From Sminthopsis crassicaudata (taxonomy: Eukaryota): 64,000 bases of DNA. The DNA is taken from assembly GCF_048593235.1 (NCBI RefSeq), contig NC_133622.1, positions 237,243,198-237,307,197 of the forward strand. The letters are read 5' to 3'. Position numbers and translations under genes: made by a program. Positions 11,568 through 23,109 of this stretch are shown here, piece by piece (position 1 is the stretch's first letter; every line of letters starts with the position of its first letter). Below the pieces are notes generated by a model that saw only the letters and a program-made list of their open reading frames with translations, was not told where the DNA came from and made no database searches.

Positions 11568-14390
11568 TTATATTAGTTAAACTGAGAGGTACTTTTGAGT
11601 TGTTTTCCTTTGCTTTTTAGAGAAATGCAATTAATTATTATTGGTTTAGAGCATTTTTTTCATATAAGTATAGAGTGCTTTAAATTTGTCATTTGAATAT
11701 TGTTCATATCCTCTGACCATTTGTCAATTGTGGAATGACATTTATTCTGATAAATTTGACACAGTTCTTTTTACATTTTAGAAATGAGTTCTTTTCAGAA
11801 ACACTAGCTGTTAAATATTTTCCCCAGGTCTTTAGTTACCTTTTAATTTTTTTTCTGTTTCATTTTGTTTGCGCATTTTTAAATTTAATGTAAACAAAGT
11901 TGTCCATTTTGTCTTTCACAAGGTTCTCTATTTCTTATTTGTTCATAACTTCTCACTTCTTTAACGATCCGATAGGTACATTATCTCTTGTTCTCCTAAT
12001 TGTTTAAGGTTTCCTTCTTTATACCCAAATCATGTACCCATTTTGACCTTATTTTGGTGTAGGATGTGCAGTGTAGGTCTATGCTTAGTTCCTGACATGT
12101 TATTTTCTAGTTTTCCCAGCAATTTTTGTCAAATAGTTAGTTCTCATTATAGAAGCTGGAATTTGGGGGTCTATCAAACACTTGATCCCTCTAGGCTTTT
12201 ATTATAGTGTTGTGTGTATCTAATCGATTCCACTGATCCGACACTATATTTCTTTTCCAGTACCAAAAGGTTTTGATGCTGTTGCCGTATGATATGGTTT
12301 TAGGTTTGGTTCTGCTAAGCTACCATCCGTCATTTTTTTTCATTAATTCCCATAATATGCTTGACTTTTTGCTCTTCCAGATGAATGTTGTTATTATTTT
12401 TTCTATCTAGAAAATCATGTTTTGGCAGCTTGATGGATATTGCAGTGAACAAGTAAATCGATTTAGGTAGACTTGCCATTTGTATCATATTAGCTCAGTT
12501 TATCAATGAGCAATTTATATTTTTCCAGTTGTGTACTTCTGACTTTACTTGTATAAAAATAATTTTCTAATTATGTTCATATAGTTCTTAGGTGCGTCTT
12601 GACAGGTAGACACCCACATATCTTATTTGGACAATATTAATTCCAAATCGAATTTCTCTTGTATCTCTATCTGCTGGGCTTTTTCAGTAATATATAGAAA
12701 ATCTGATGATTTGTTTGTTTATTTTATATTCTGCAACTCTGCTAAAGTTGTGAATTGTTTCCATTAGGTTTTTGGATCCTGTTATTGGATTCCAAACCAA
12801 AAGTTTGCCTATTTTATTGATTTTTAAAAATAAAATCAACTCTTAGTTTCATTTATGAGTTCTCTAGTTTGTTTAGTTTCTGTTTTATTAATTTAGCCTT
12901 GGAGTTTCAGAATTTCTAATTTGGTATTTAATTGGGGTTTTTAAATTTGTTCTTTTTCTAGAGGTTTTAAGTACATATCCAATTTTTTGATCTTCTCTTT
13001 ATGTTTTATTCAGGTACTAATTATCAATACAAAATTTCCTCTAAAAACTTCTTGGGCTACATCCCATAGTTTTAGGTATGTTGTCTCATTATTGTCATTG
13101 TCTCGGATAAAATTGAGGATTGTTTCTGTGATTTGTTGTGTGACACATCATTATGTAGAATTTGATTATTTGATTTCTAATCCATTTTAGTCTATCTTTC
13201 TCTGCCCTTTTATAGAATATAATTTTTATTGCATTGTGGTCTGAAAAGCAAACATTTTCTATTTCTTCCTTTTCAGATTTATATGTCCTAATACATGGTA
13301 CATAATGGCCCTAATACATGGTCAATCTTTTGTAGGTACCATATAGTACCAAGAAAAAACTTGAATTCCTTTGATGTCTCTATTCAATTTTGACTGTAGA
13401 TCTATCATATCTATTAATGTGCCTGGTTTCTTTCTCATTGTTTATTTTGTGGTTCGATTTGCATGATTCTGAGAGGGGAAGTTGTCTATTTCTTTGTATA
13501 ACTGCCTTAATATCTTCTCTAGATATCTGAATTCTCTACCACTTGGTGCATATACATTTAATATCATTAATTCTTCATTGTTAATGAACCCTTTATCAAG
13601 AGGTACTTTCCTTTCTTATCTTTTAGTTATATATGTTTTTACTTTTCCTTTATTTGAGATCAGAGTTCCTAGGGCTACTTTTTTTTATTTCCGTTTGAAG
13701 TACTATAATAAATTCTATTTCAGCCTTAAACTTTACTCTGTATCTCTCTGTCAAATGTGTTTNNNNNNNNNNNNNNNNNNNNNNNNNNNNNNNNNNNNNN
13801 NNNNNNNNNNNNNNNNNNNNNNNNNNNNNNNNNNNNNNNNNNNNNNNNNNNNNNNNNNNNNNNNNNNNNNNNNNNNNNNNNNNNNNNNNNNNNNNNNNNN
13901 NNNNNNNNNNNNNNNNNNAAGTGTCTGAGATCAAATTTGAACTTGGGTACTCCTGAATTCAAGGCTGGTGTTCTATCCACTGTGCCACCTAGCTGCCCCC
14001 TCATTCTCTTTTTTAATCCACTCTAGTGTTTCTTCAGTTTCATGAGAAAGTTCATGCCATTCACAGTTGTGATTACTAGCTCTGTGTTTCCCCTCATCCT
14101 ATTTTTGCCTCTTTCTATAGTTTTATTTTCTCTTTGGACCCTGTTCTTAGTATCATTTTTTGCAACTATTACATCCCTGCCTTATCTCCTATCACTCTTC
14201 CCCTCTTGTCTTAGTTTTTTTTCAACTAACCCTGCCTAATATTTTATCTATTACTCTCTTCCCTTCTCTTCCCTTTCTTCCCTCTTGTTTCTGTCCTCTA
14301 TTCTATGCAACCCCTCCCTTTTCTTCTTTCTTTCGCTTCCTTATTTATAGGTTTAGATACATTTCTTTATCCAGCTGAATGATTAAATTA
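11568..14390 (-). mobile_element. Old degenerate LINE-1, unit 2
   Basis: Paralog of 1-2300 extending further toward the ORF2 C-terminus; interrupted by a SINE at 13919-14000. Confidence 0.85.
13919..14000 (-). mobile_element. tRNA-derived CORE-SINE 5' end (WSINE1/Mar1-like)
   Basis: Minus strand GGGGCAGCTAGGTGGCACAGTGGATAGAACACCAGCC..GTTCAAATT..TCAGACACTT with Pol III A and B boxes; remainder in the N-run; site empty in units 1, 4 and 5. Confidence 0.85.
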
Positions 14391-14412
14391 TTCCCTCTTA
14401 AAACCAAAAGTG

Positions 14413-14790
14413 GAACAGGGAAATGACTATGAACCACCACATAGTATTCCCAATACCCCTATTTTTGTCCACTTGCATTTTTGATTTCCTTCACAGGCTA
14501 ATGGTACACTATTTTAATGTCCGATTCTTTTTGTACAGCAAAATAACTGTTTGGACATGTATACATATATTGTATATAATTTATACTTTAACATATGTAA
14601 CATGTTTTGGTCAACCTGCCATCTGGGAGAGGGGGGTTGGGGGAAAGAGGGGAAAAATTGGAACAAAAGGCTTGGAAATTATCAGTGTTGTAAAATTACC
14701 CATGCATATATCTTGCAAATAAAAAAAAACTATAATAGTAATAAAAATAATAAAACATATATTAAACAAACAAACCAACCAACAAACAAA
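14413..14790 (+). mobile_element. LINE-1 3'-end insertion with A-rich tail and ~13-bp TSD
   Basis: Flanked by aaaaccAAAAGTG (14400-14412) and ..aaacAAAAGTG (to 14798); empty site ttaaaatcaaaagtgatgag in unit 5 (~52361-52380); TT/AAAA endonuclease context. Confidence 0.82.
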
Positions 14791-15050
14791 CAAAAGTGAT
14801 GAGATCAAGCTTCAGATAATGCTAATCCCCTTCCTTCTTTTCCATTGGTTTTAATAATTCTTTTGTGCCTGTTCATGTCATCTAATTTGTTCCATTACAT
14901 CTCCCTGTCCTCTTTTAGTAAAGACCTTTTCCATCCATTAATATCTTTCTTTGATGTCACATCAGAGTCCATTCAGAAGTATACCTTCTGTCCATGTAAT
15001 TTCCACACTGTCTGCTCTAGAAATAGATACAGTTCTCAAGAGTTACAGAT

Positions 15051-15317
15051 ATCACCAACATAATCCAACAGCAAGAGATACAAAGAGAAATTCCATTCAA
15101 AATAATGGTCGATAGTATAAAATATTTGGGAATATATCTACCAAAGGAGAGTCAGGAATTATATGAGCAAAATTACAAAACACTTGCCACAAAAATAAAG
15201 TCAGATTTAAATAATTGGAAAGACATTCAGTGCTCTTGGATAGGCCGAGCGAATATAATTAAGATGACAATACTCCCCAAACTAATCTATTTATTTAGTG
15301 CTATACCAATCAGACTC
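15051..15317 (+). mobile_element. Internal LINE-1 ORF2 (RT C-terminal) fragment without poly(A) or TSD
   Basis: Stop-free over 89 codons (ITNIIQ..IPFKI..IKYLGIYLPKESQELY..NNWKDIQCSWIGRANIIKMTILPKLIYLFSAIPIRL); CpGs retained. Confidence 0.92.
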
Positions 15318-17904
15318 CTGTTCTATGATTGTTTCTCCTCTTTTATTTGAAATTGCATCATAACATCCTTCAAAAATACAAGTGTTTTTTATTTTCCTAA
15401 ATCCACCAATTCATCATCATTTGCTACGACATAGCAATCTTCCAAAACTATGCAATATAGTTTTTTAAATACTCTAAAGCAATATTGATCAATCATTTAG
15501 AGTAATTTTCTGATTTTTCCTTTTTCATAAATCTATTTATGCTTTAACTTTGAGATCAATGATCACTTACCCTTGCTTTTCTCCTAATAAATTATACTCT
15601 TAATCATTATTTTTCTTTGTTTGTGCCTCTTATTTTTTATCACTCTGAATTCTTCTCCTTTCCTTCTACCTTGTATCTTGATTTACTCTACCTTCTCCCA
15701 CTCACATTTTCCTTTGCTGTTGATCCAATTTCTGTTAATATACACACTTCTCTATACTATTCCACTCCCTGTTATCTTATTCTCTCTCCTTCTTTATAAA
15801 TTAAAAATATATATATCTTTTAGATGCACACACACAAATGATATATTCTTCGTTCTTTGACATATTCCTACTGGGAATAAAGAAGCCTCCCTTATCTATA
15901 TACTATGTAACATTTTTTCTAGCACGTCCTTCATATAACATAAGTACTTTTAAAAAACCTTTTTTTTCCTAAAAGGTTTTTTAGAAACACATCATATATA
16001 AACCTCTCTTCAAGCTTTCCTCCTTTCTAAGAAGCCATGTNNNNNNNNNNNNNNNNNNNNNNNNNNNNNNNNNNNNNNNNNNNNNNNNNNNNNNNNNNNN
16101 NNNNNNNNNNNNNNNNNNNNNNNNNNNNNNNNNNNNNNNNNNNNNNNNNNNNNNNNNNNNNNNNNNNNNNNNNNNCCTGTATGCATATATGTATGTGTGT
16201 ACTGAATATGGGAAACTGCTTTGATTTTCTATTTATTTTTTATAATTGTCTTAGCTCCTAGTTCAAGTATGAATGGATTGAAATGGATGAATGGGAACCT
16301 AAATTGTGGCCAATTAAACAGAGAAAATATTTTCTAAGTTCAAAAGGGGTACATAAAGAATACACCACAGTTTTATTTCATGAGTTTGATCTAGTTCTTG
16401 GATTGCCTCTTAGGGGCATAATCAGATTTTTGGGAAACCACATAATAATTGGGCTCTCTACTGTCATTTGCTTCTCACCAGGTTCTGAGACAGCAGGAGA
16501 AGAATTTTATGTTTACTTTGTAATCTCCTATCTCCTGTCAGTGTCTCCATACTTAGGAGAGGCTTAACTGTGGTGATCATTTTTAGGTGATGAATGATGA
16601 CTATTCCATGAGAGAGGGGGCCTTTCCCTGTACAATTATTTCCCATTGCAAGTTTGGCTTTTTACTTTTTTGCTCTGGTTCCTAAACACTGAGATTTTTT
16701 GTTAAATGCAAAATATCTGGCTTGATCATCTAAGAACTGTTACTAAAATATTTAAGATCCTTATTTCCTATGATTAGAGACCCCAAAATTTAGACTTTGT
16801 CAGGAAGTAATTTTTAAATTCATTGGATGAAAATATAACAAGGACAATTCTTATATGCAGCAGATTTACTACTGAACCTCTCAGCCAGTCACTCTCCTGA
16901 TTTTTTGGCTCCTTTCTAGCCAGGGAATATTAAGGAGATGGCCTCTCTCCTCCCCAAGTAGAAAGAATGGGGTGTCTATCACAGATTCCTGGGTTGTCAG
17001 GACTCTCAGGGACAGAATCTTTGCCATATGCACAGCAGAACAAAGAAGATTCAAAATATGAAACAATATAATTTTTTTAAAAGCTTATAGAATAAATTCT
17101 ATGTATTATATTCAGGGGGGATCATCTTTTCTTTGATATATTGTAGGTTTTTCTGCTCTTTGTGCATTTTTTATTTTCTTCTCTCCAAGCTTTCCTACCC
17201 GTCCATGTACTCCAAGCGATCTACAATTAANNNNNNNNNNNNNNNNNNNNNNNNNNNNNNNNNNNNNNNNNNNNNNNNNNNNNNNNNNNNNNNNNNNNNN
17301 NNNNNNNNNNNNNNNNNNNNNNNNNNNNNNNNNNNNNNNNNNNNNNNNNNNNNNNNNNNNNNNNNNNNNNNNNNNNNNNNNNNNNNNNNNNNNNNNNNNN
17401 NNNNNNNNNNNNNNNNNNNNNNNNNNNNNNNNNNNNNNNNNNNNNNNNNNNNNNNNNNNNNNNNNNTACTACTAGCTCTCTTCCCCACATAATTCCTCTA
17501 GGCCAGAGGAGTTTACAATTCATACTGGCCAAACATCCACTCTGATACATACATGTATCATATANNNNNNNNNNNNNNNNNNNNNNNNNNNNNNNNNNNN
17601 NNNNNNNNNNNNNNNNNNNNNNNNNNNNNNNNNNNNNNNNNNNNNNNNNNNNNNNNNNNNNNNNNNNNNNNNNNNNNNNNNNNNNNNNNNNNNNNCTCTA
17701 GTTGTGAGGAGGGCCACAGTTCTGCTCCCAGTCTTGAATGTTTTTTCATGCTCTACATTCACTCTGAGCTACTCTAGTTTGTGCAAGAAATCAGGAGAAC
17801 TTGGAACTTTTTGAATTACTATGCCATCTTCCCAGAATCCTCTGTACATATTCTGCATGGATAGACATTACATAATAAGGGAGATTCAGTAACTTTTCAA
17901 ATGC

Positions 17905-18801
17905 TTAACAAGCACAAGAATTGGGGACCTGCTTATTAATGCTGACCAGAATAAATGGGCTGACTGTTGGATAACAAAGAGAGAGAAGCGCTGAGGTATG
18001 TATCATCCACATGTTTATGGATTTAAAATACAACATACAGATTATACAAATGGGACTGAATGTATTAAAGAAAAAAAAGGTGGCCACTAGAAGCAGGATA
18101 GTTTGGGTTGCCCTCGTTTCAGGGGATACTTTTGTGGAGGTGCTCTTACTATGTATATGATTAACATTTCTCCTGTGTCTATATAAGATTAAGACCATAT
18201 GGACACTAGAAGCAGTCATGAGACCTGCAAAGAAAGCATCATGGACAAATGTTATAATTTGAAATTTTATATGATTATTATTATACACATCTAGAGTTCT
18301 ATACCCAGTGCTGCATCCATCTTTACTGACTGTGCTGTTCTTTGGACTATCATGACGTAGAAATAGAAGCATATCGAATATTAGATGGAAGATCCAGCAT
18401 AGAACAGTGCATCTAATGATGCTCTTTGGTCCTTTAATTTTCACCTGTGCCCATAAGGAGTTATTGGGACTAATAGTAATGGCCTGGAAGACACTCAAGA
18501 GGCAGGTGCTGTTTAAGGAGAGACCCCGGGTTAGTATCTGCATATATGTAATGATTATAATCCCAGTCCTGTCCAGGACACATTTTACCTTCCAAAGCCT
18601 TGTTATGGTAGGTATTCCTCTAAAGAGAAGTACCATGGCATTGGAAAAGGCTAACTGGATGATAACTATATTTTTGGGTCTTACTGTATGAGCAGTCAGG
18701 AAATTAAAGCTGTTTAGGATGAGGAGAGTTAAGTTCCCCAGGAATCCAATTCCGGTTAGTTGCAGGTATACTATCCCCAGAATTTCATCCAAGGTCAGCA
18801 T
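17905..18801 (-). CDS. VN1R: Vomeronasal type-1 receptor (V1R), copy 2, 298 aa, intact
   Basis: Same V1R motifs; 17 amino-acid differences from copy 1 by manual comparison. Confidence 0.97.
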   Translation of the reverse strand: MLTLDEILGIVYLQLTGIGFLGNLTLLILNSFNFLTAHTVRPKNIVIIQLAFSNAMVLLFRGIPTITRLWKVKCVLDRTGIIIITYMQILTRGLSLNSTCLLSVFQAITISPNNSLWAQVKIKGPKSIIRCTVLCWIFHLIFDMLLFLRHDSPKNSTVSKDGCSTGYRTLDVYNNNHIKFQIITFVHDAFFAGLMTASSVHMVLILYRHRRNVNHIHSKSTSTKVSPETRATQTILLLVATFFFFNTFSPICIICMLYFKSINMWMIHTSALLSLCYPTVSPFILVSINKQVPNSCAC

Positions 18802-21435
18802 TTTTTACCTCATGAAGATGATTTGCTGCCAATCTCGAGGAGACCTATGGGTAAAAACATGAAAATATGCTAATGACATACTGTGATTTGCCCACTGAAA
18901 TTCCATGATTTCCAGTATAAATATGCAGTGTAAAGGATTTCCAGAGTGATAAGATTTACCCAAAGAATCATGAACAGCAAGAAGGAGAATAAGAATCTCA
19001 ACCCTTTCTATGTAACTCTGAAGTCCTTTTTCCAGCTCAGTTTGGTGCTGCTTGGATAATATTGTTGTTCCCGGAGGGCAGAGCACTTCTTCAGCCCCAT
19101 ACAAAGCATTGTTTTTAATGTAAGAAGAAACTAAATCATATGTATTATAAAACTCCACCAGGATTGGGGAACATGCTGAGGTAGGAGAAAATACCTTAAG
19201 ACCATCTTATTTAGGAGGAAGAAATGAAGATTCAAAGAACTCTCAGTTTGCACATCAGTATTGATTTCTGAAATGGCAGACTCTGCATTTGGGGACAGGG
19301 ACAGGAGAGCCCACATCCTCAATCAGTGCTATTTGCATCATTTTATTTTGTCCCATTATCTCAAAGGAGAGAAGCATGTTGGGCCACATTAAGAAAAGGT
19401 AATGGATCAGAACAGGGAAAAGGTGAGAATAGGAGCCAAGGATCTTTACTGTGGTAGTGCTTTCCCAATCCAGTGAGAAATTACAGATTCTGAACATGCC
19501 AGATTAAGTCATTAGACAGGAGGCAATTCCTGTGCTCATTAACAGATCTCGGTTTATATGCCAAAACGTGCTCAAGACAGAGACAGAAGAAGTAATACTA
19601 TCTCTTTCCCATCTTCTTCCAATGTAACCAATGCCTGCCCTATATGTACCTAGGGATACTTTTTGGACAAAATATTTCAGCGTCAGAATTTCTTGTCCAT
19701 TAATTTCATACTGACCTTTGACTCAGTTAAGGTCGAAATTTCTTAAGCAATTGTCACAACCCCATTTGGTTCCTGGTAGCTGAATGTTGGTGTCATGAAA
19801 TTATGAATTGTTATCAGTGAATGTTGGATTTTATACTTAATTTTTATACCTCCACATATGGATAAGCATTGAAATTTCTCAGGTGAAAGATTAAAAGTGG
19901 GAACCATTTAAGAAGCCCTGCCTTAAGTGAAGCCCAGAGCAGGAAGGGTTGAGAAATATTCAGCCAGCACTGGAGCAGGTTCAATGCCAGTTCTAGATGG
20001 CATTTGATGCCTTATTCCTTTTTTTTGTGATGGGAAGTGTTATTTTTTTTGGATTAGTGCATAAAGATACAGGAATATTAGGTTGATTTTCCTTGAATCA
20101 CTCAGTCTCTTACACTTTCCTTATAACTATGCCCTGGCTTGCCCAGCTTCCTTCAGATCTTAGCCAAAGTCTAATAATTTTCTGAAGCATATGCCAGTTA
20201 GTCATTATCTAAACATCTCTTTTATGTATATAATGTGCCTCCTCCTCTGTCCTTCTTTCTCTCTAGTGTCTCTGTCTCTTTCTCTTTCTGCCTCTTCCCT
20301 GCATTTGCAGGTTTTTGCATGTTCAGGATCCCGTAGTCTTTGAACTTCTTGAAGCAGGCAGTGCTTTTGCCTTTCTTTACCTCCTCTCACTCACCACTGG
20401 GACGGGACCATTGCTACTTTGCTTTTTGAGTGGCTGACTTTCTCTTAGCTCATTCAGTAAGATTTTAAGCTAGGCAGTTGAGCATCTAATCATTGATTCT
20501 CTTCTGTTGTAGAGATCTCTGTCTCAGGTCCTGAGGCACAGTCACTTACCTGGTCGGTCTTTGTCAATACAGCAGAAAGCAGAACAGCAGCAATTCGTGT
20601 TGAAGCAGGAAAACATGCTTGTCTGACTGTGTGGGTCTCATATAGGGGATGGTCAGGGATGCAGTTATTATGCTGGCTGTGTCTGAGCTCATCTTTCCAT
20701 CAGGGCTGCAATTATCATGTCATCTGCAGAGAAATGGTGCTGTTTGCCTGGGTTAACTGGGACCCATTTAAAAGAAAATGAACTTTTATCCCAAGTGTTT
20801 ACATTATTTAGATTATTGATTGCTTAAAGTCTCTAGTGTAGCATCAATGAGCAGGTGGGGAGAAGGGAAGCAATGGAGGCCTGTCAAGTGACTCACAGGA
20901 AGATGCAATAAGAACATGTGAGCCAGAGCATTGTGCCCCTGATTGATGTTCAGCTCTGGTTATAGATACGTCTCTCTTTTATAATTGATACCATTGGGTC
21001 TGTCTTTTAGGACTGTCCCAATAAGCTCCCAATTTTCTATTCTGTCTAATTGAAAAGAAATTAAAAGTCTAGTGTAGCCCCAGAAAAAATGAGGGCTAAT
21101 TCAACATTAGGAACTAATGATCACCTCTGGTCAAAATTACCTCAACTTCCATCTCTTACAGAAAAGGAGGATCAACATTTGGAACAAAACTCATGGAATA
21201 CCCTGTGATTTGAGGGCTTGGGTCAGAACATCACACTTCTTTTCTCAAATTCTTTTCCTATGTGAGCAGACTTAAACTTCTATATATTTTCCCTCTCTAG
21301 TCTGCTCTTATTGGGACAGAAGTGTGATGTTCTGACCCACCTCCTCATTCCACAGGGTAATTCATTTGTTCTAAGTGTTGGTCTTCCTTTTCTGTAGGGG
21401 ATAGAAGACCTAACTTTTAATTCTACAATTTCTTT

Positions 21436-22695
21436 TTTTCAATTAATTTTATAATTATAATTTTTGACTGTACATATGCATGGGTACTTTTTTTCACATT
21501 ATCCCTTGTATTCACTTCTTAACCGAATTTTCCCCTCTCTTCCTCTACACCCTCCTGTAGATAACCGGCAATGTTAAATGTGTTACAGTATATCTTAGAT
21601 ATAATATATATGTGGAAAACTGAATTTCTTGTTGCATGCTAAGAATGGGATTCAGAAGGTAAAAGTAAACTGGGTAGAAAGACAATAGTGTCAACAGTTT
21701 ACAATTAATTCCCAGTGTTCCTTCTCTGGGTATAGCTGATTTTGTCCATCATTGATCAATTGGAACTGAATTAGACCTTCTCTATGTTGAAGATATCCAC
21801 TTCAATCAGAATACATCCTCATACAGTATTGTTGTTGAAATGTCTCCAAACCTCTCTGTATTCATCCTACTGGTCATTTCTTACAGAGCAATAATATTTC
21901 ATAACCTTCAGATACTATAATTTACCCAACCATTCTCCAATTGATGGGCATCCTTTCTTTTTACAGTCTCTAGCCACTACAAAAAGAGCTGCCACAAACA
22001 TTTTGGCACATACAGGTCCCTTTCCCTTCTTTAGTATTTCTTTGTGATATAAGCCCAGTAGTAGCACTGCTGGATCAAAGGGTATGCACAGTTTGATAAC
22101 TTTTTGGGCCTAGTTCTAAATTGCTCTCCAGAATGGTTGTATTCTTTCACAACTCTACCAACAATGCATCAGTGTCTCAATTTTCCCACAGCCCCTCCAA
22201 CAGTCATCATTATTTTTTCCCGTCATGTTACCCAATCTTACAGGTATGTATTGTTATTTCATAGTTGTCTTAATTTTCATTTCTCTGATTAATAGTGATT
22301 TGGAACACTCTTTTATATGAATGGAAATAGTTTCAATTTCATCATCTGAAAATTGTCTGTTTATATCCTTTGACCATTTATCAATTGGAGAATGGTTTGA
22401 TTTCTTATAAATTAGAATCAGTTCTCTATATATTTTGGAAATGAAGCCTTTATAAGAACCTTTAACTGTAAAAATATTTTCCCAATTTGTTACTTCACTT
22501 CTAATCTTGTTTGCATTAGTTTTGTTTGTACAATAGCTTTTTAATTTGATGTAATCAAAATTTTCTATTTTGTGATCAATAATGATCTCTAGTTCTCCTT
22601 TGGTCACAAATTCCTTCGTCCTCCACAAGTCTGAGAGGTAAACTATCCTATGTTCTTCTAATCTATTTATGATCTCATTCTTTATGCCCAAATCA
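21436..22695 (-). mobile_element. Younger 5'-truncated LINE-1 with 14-bp TSD
   Basis: ORF2 C-terminal peptide (FDYIKLKSYCTNKTNA..WENIF..IDKWSKD..CSKSLLIREM); TSD TCTACAATTTCTTT at 21422-21435 and 22696-22709; empty sites at 63670-63683 and 47437-47450. Confidence 0.95.
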
Positions 22696-22996
22696 TCTAC
22701 AATTTCTTTATTACCAGCACCTACTTTTCTTCCCCACCTCACCACATAATGAGCCTAACCTTCATTTTGGAATAATAAATAACTACTCATCTTCCATGTA
22801 CAGGAACAGTGATATTCCTTGCTGATCTAAGTTTCTAATATTCTATTTCTCCTTGCCTCTTATTCTTTCTCAATCAAATATATTAATCCCTACTATGTAT
22901 CAGACATTGGGTTCACATATGGTGATGATGACCAAAATGAAAATGAAATTTCTCTTCTCAAATATTTTGGGTTTTTTTGGTAAAGTGTAAGAGTTT

Positions 22997-23006
22997 ATGT
23001 ATGTGT

Positions 23007-23059
<53 letters not shown>

Positions 23060-23075
23060 CATATATATATATATA
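22997..23075. repeat. (TG)n/(TA)n microsatellite (paralog ~35735-35830)
   Basis: Directly visible at the 3' end of the old L1. Confidence 0.95.
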
Positions 23076-23109
23076 ACTGTGTGTATATATAACACAATTA
23101 CAAAATACT

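Noticed and set aside
18805-19158. 117-aa minus-strand ORF in frame with V1R copy 2 and ending one codon before its ATG
   Set aside because: GTG start, crosses the predicted splice acceptor and is not open in the other four copies. Only its final ATG-AGG-TAA is conserved (reported as the uORF).
22254-22745. 163-aa ORF as a standalone gene (also 34991)
   Set aside because: It is the L1 ORF2 C-terminal fragment of a 5'-truncated insertion, with its start taken from flanking DNA.
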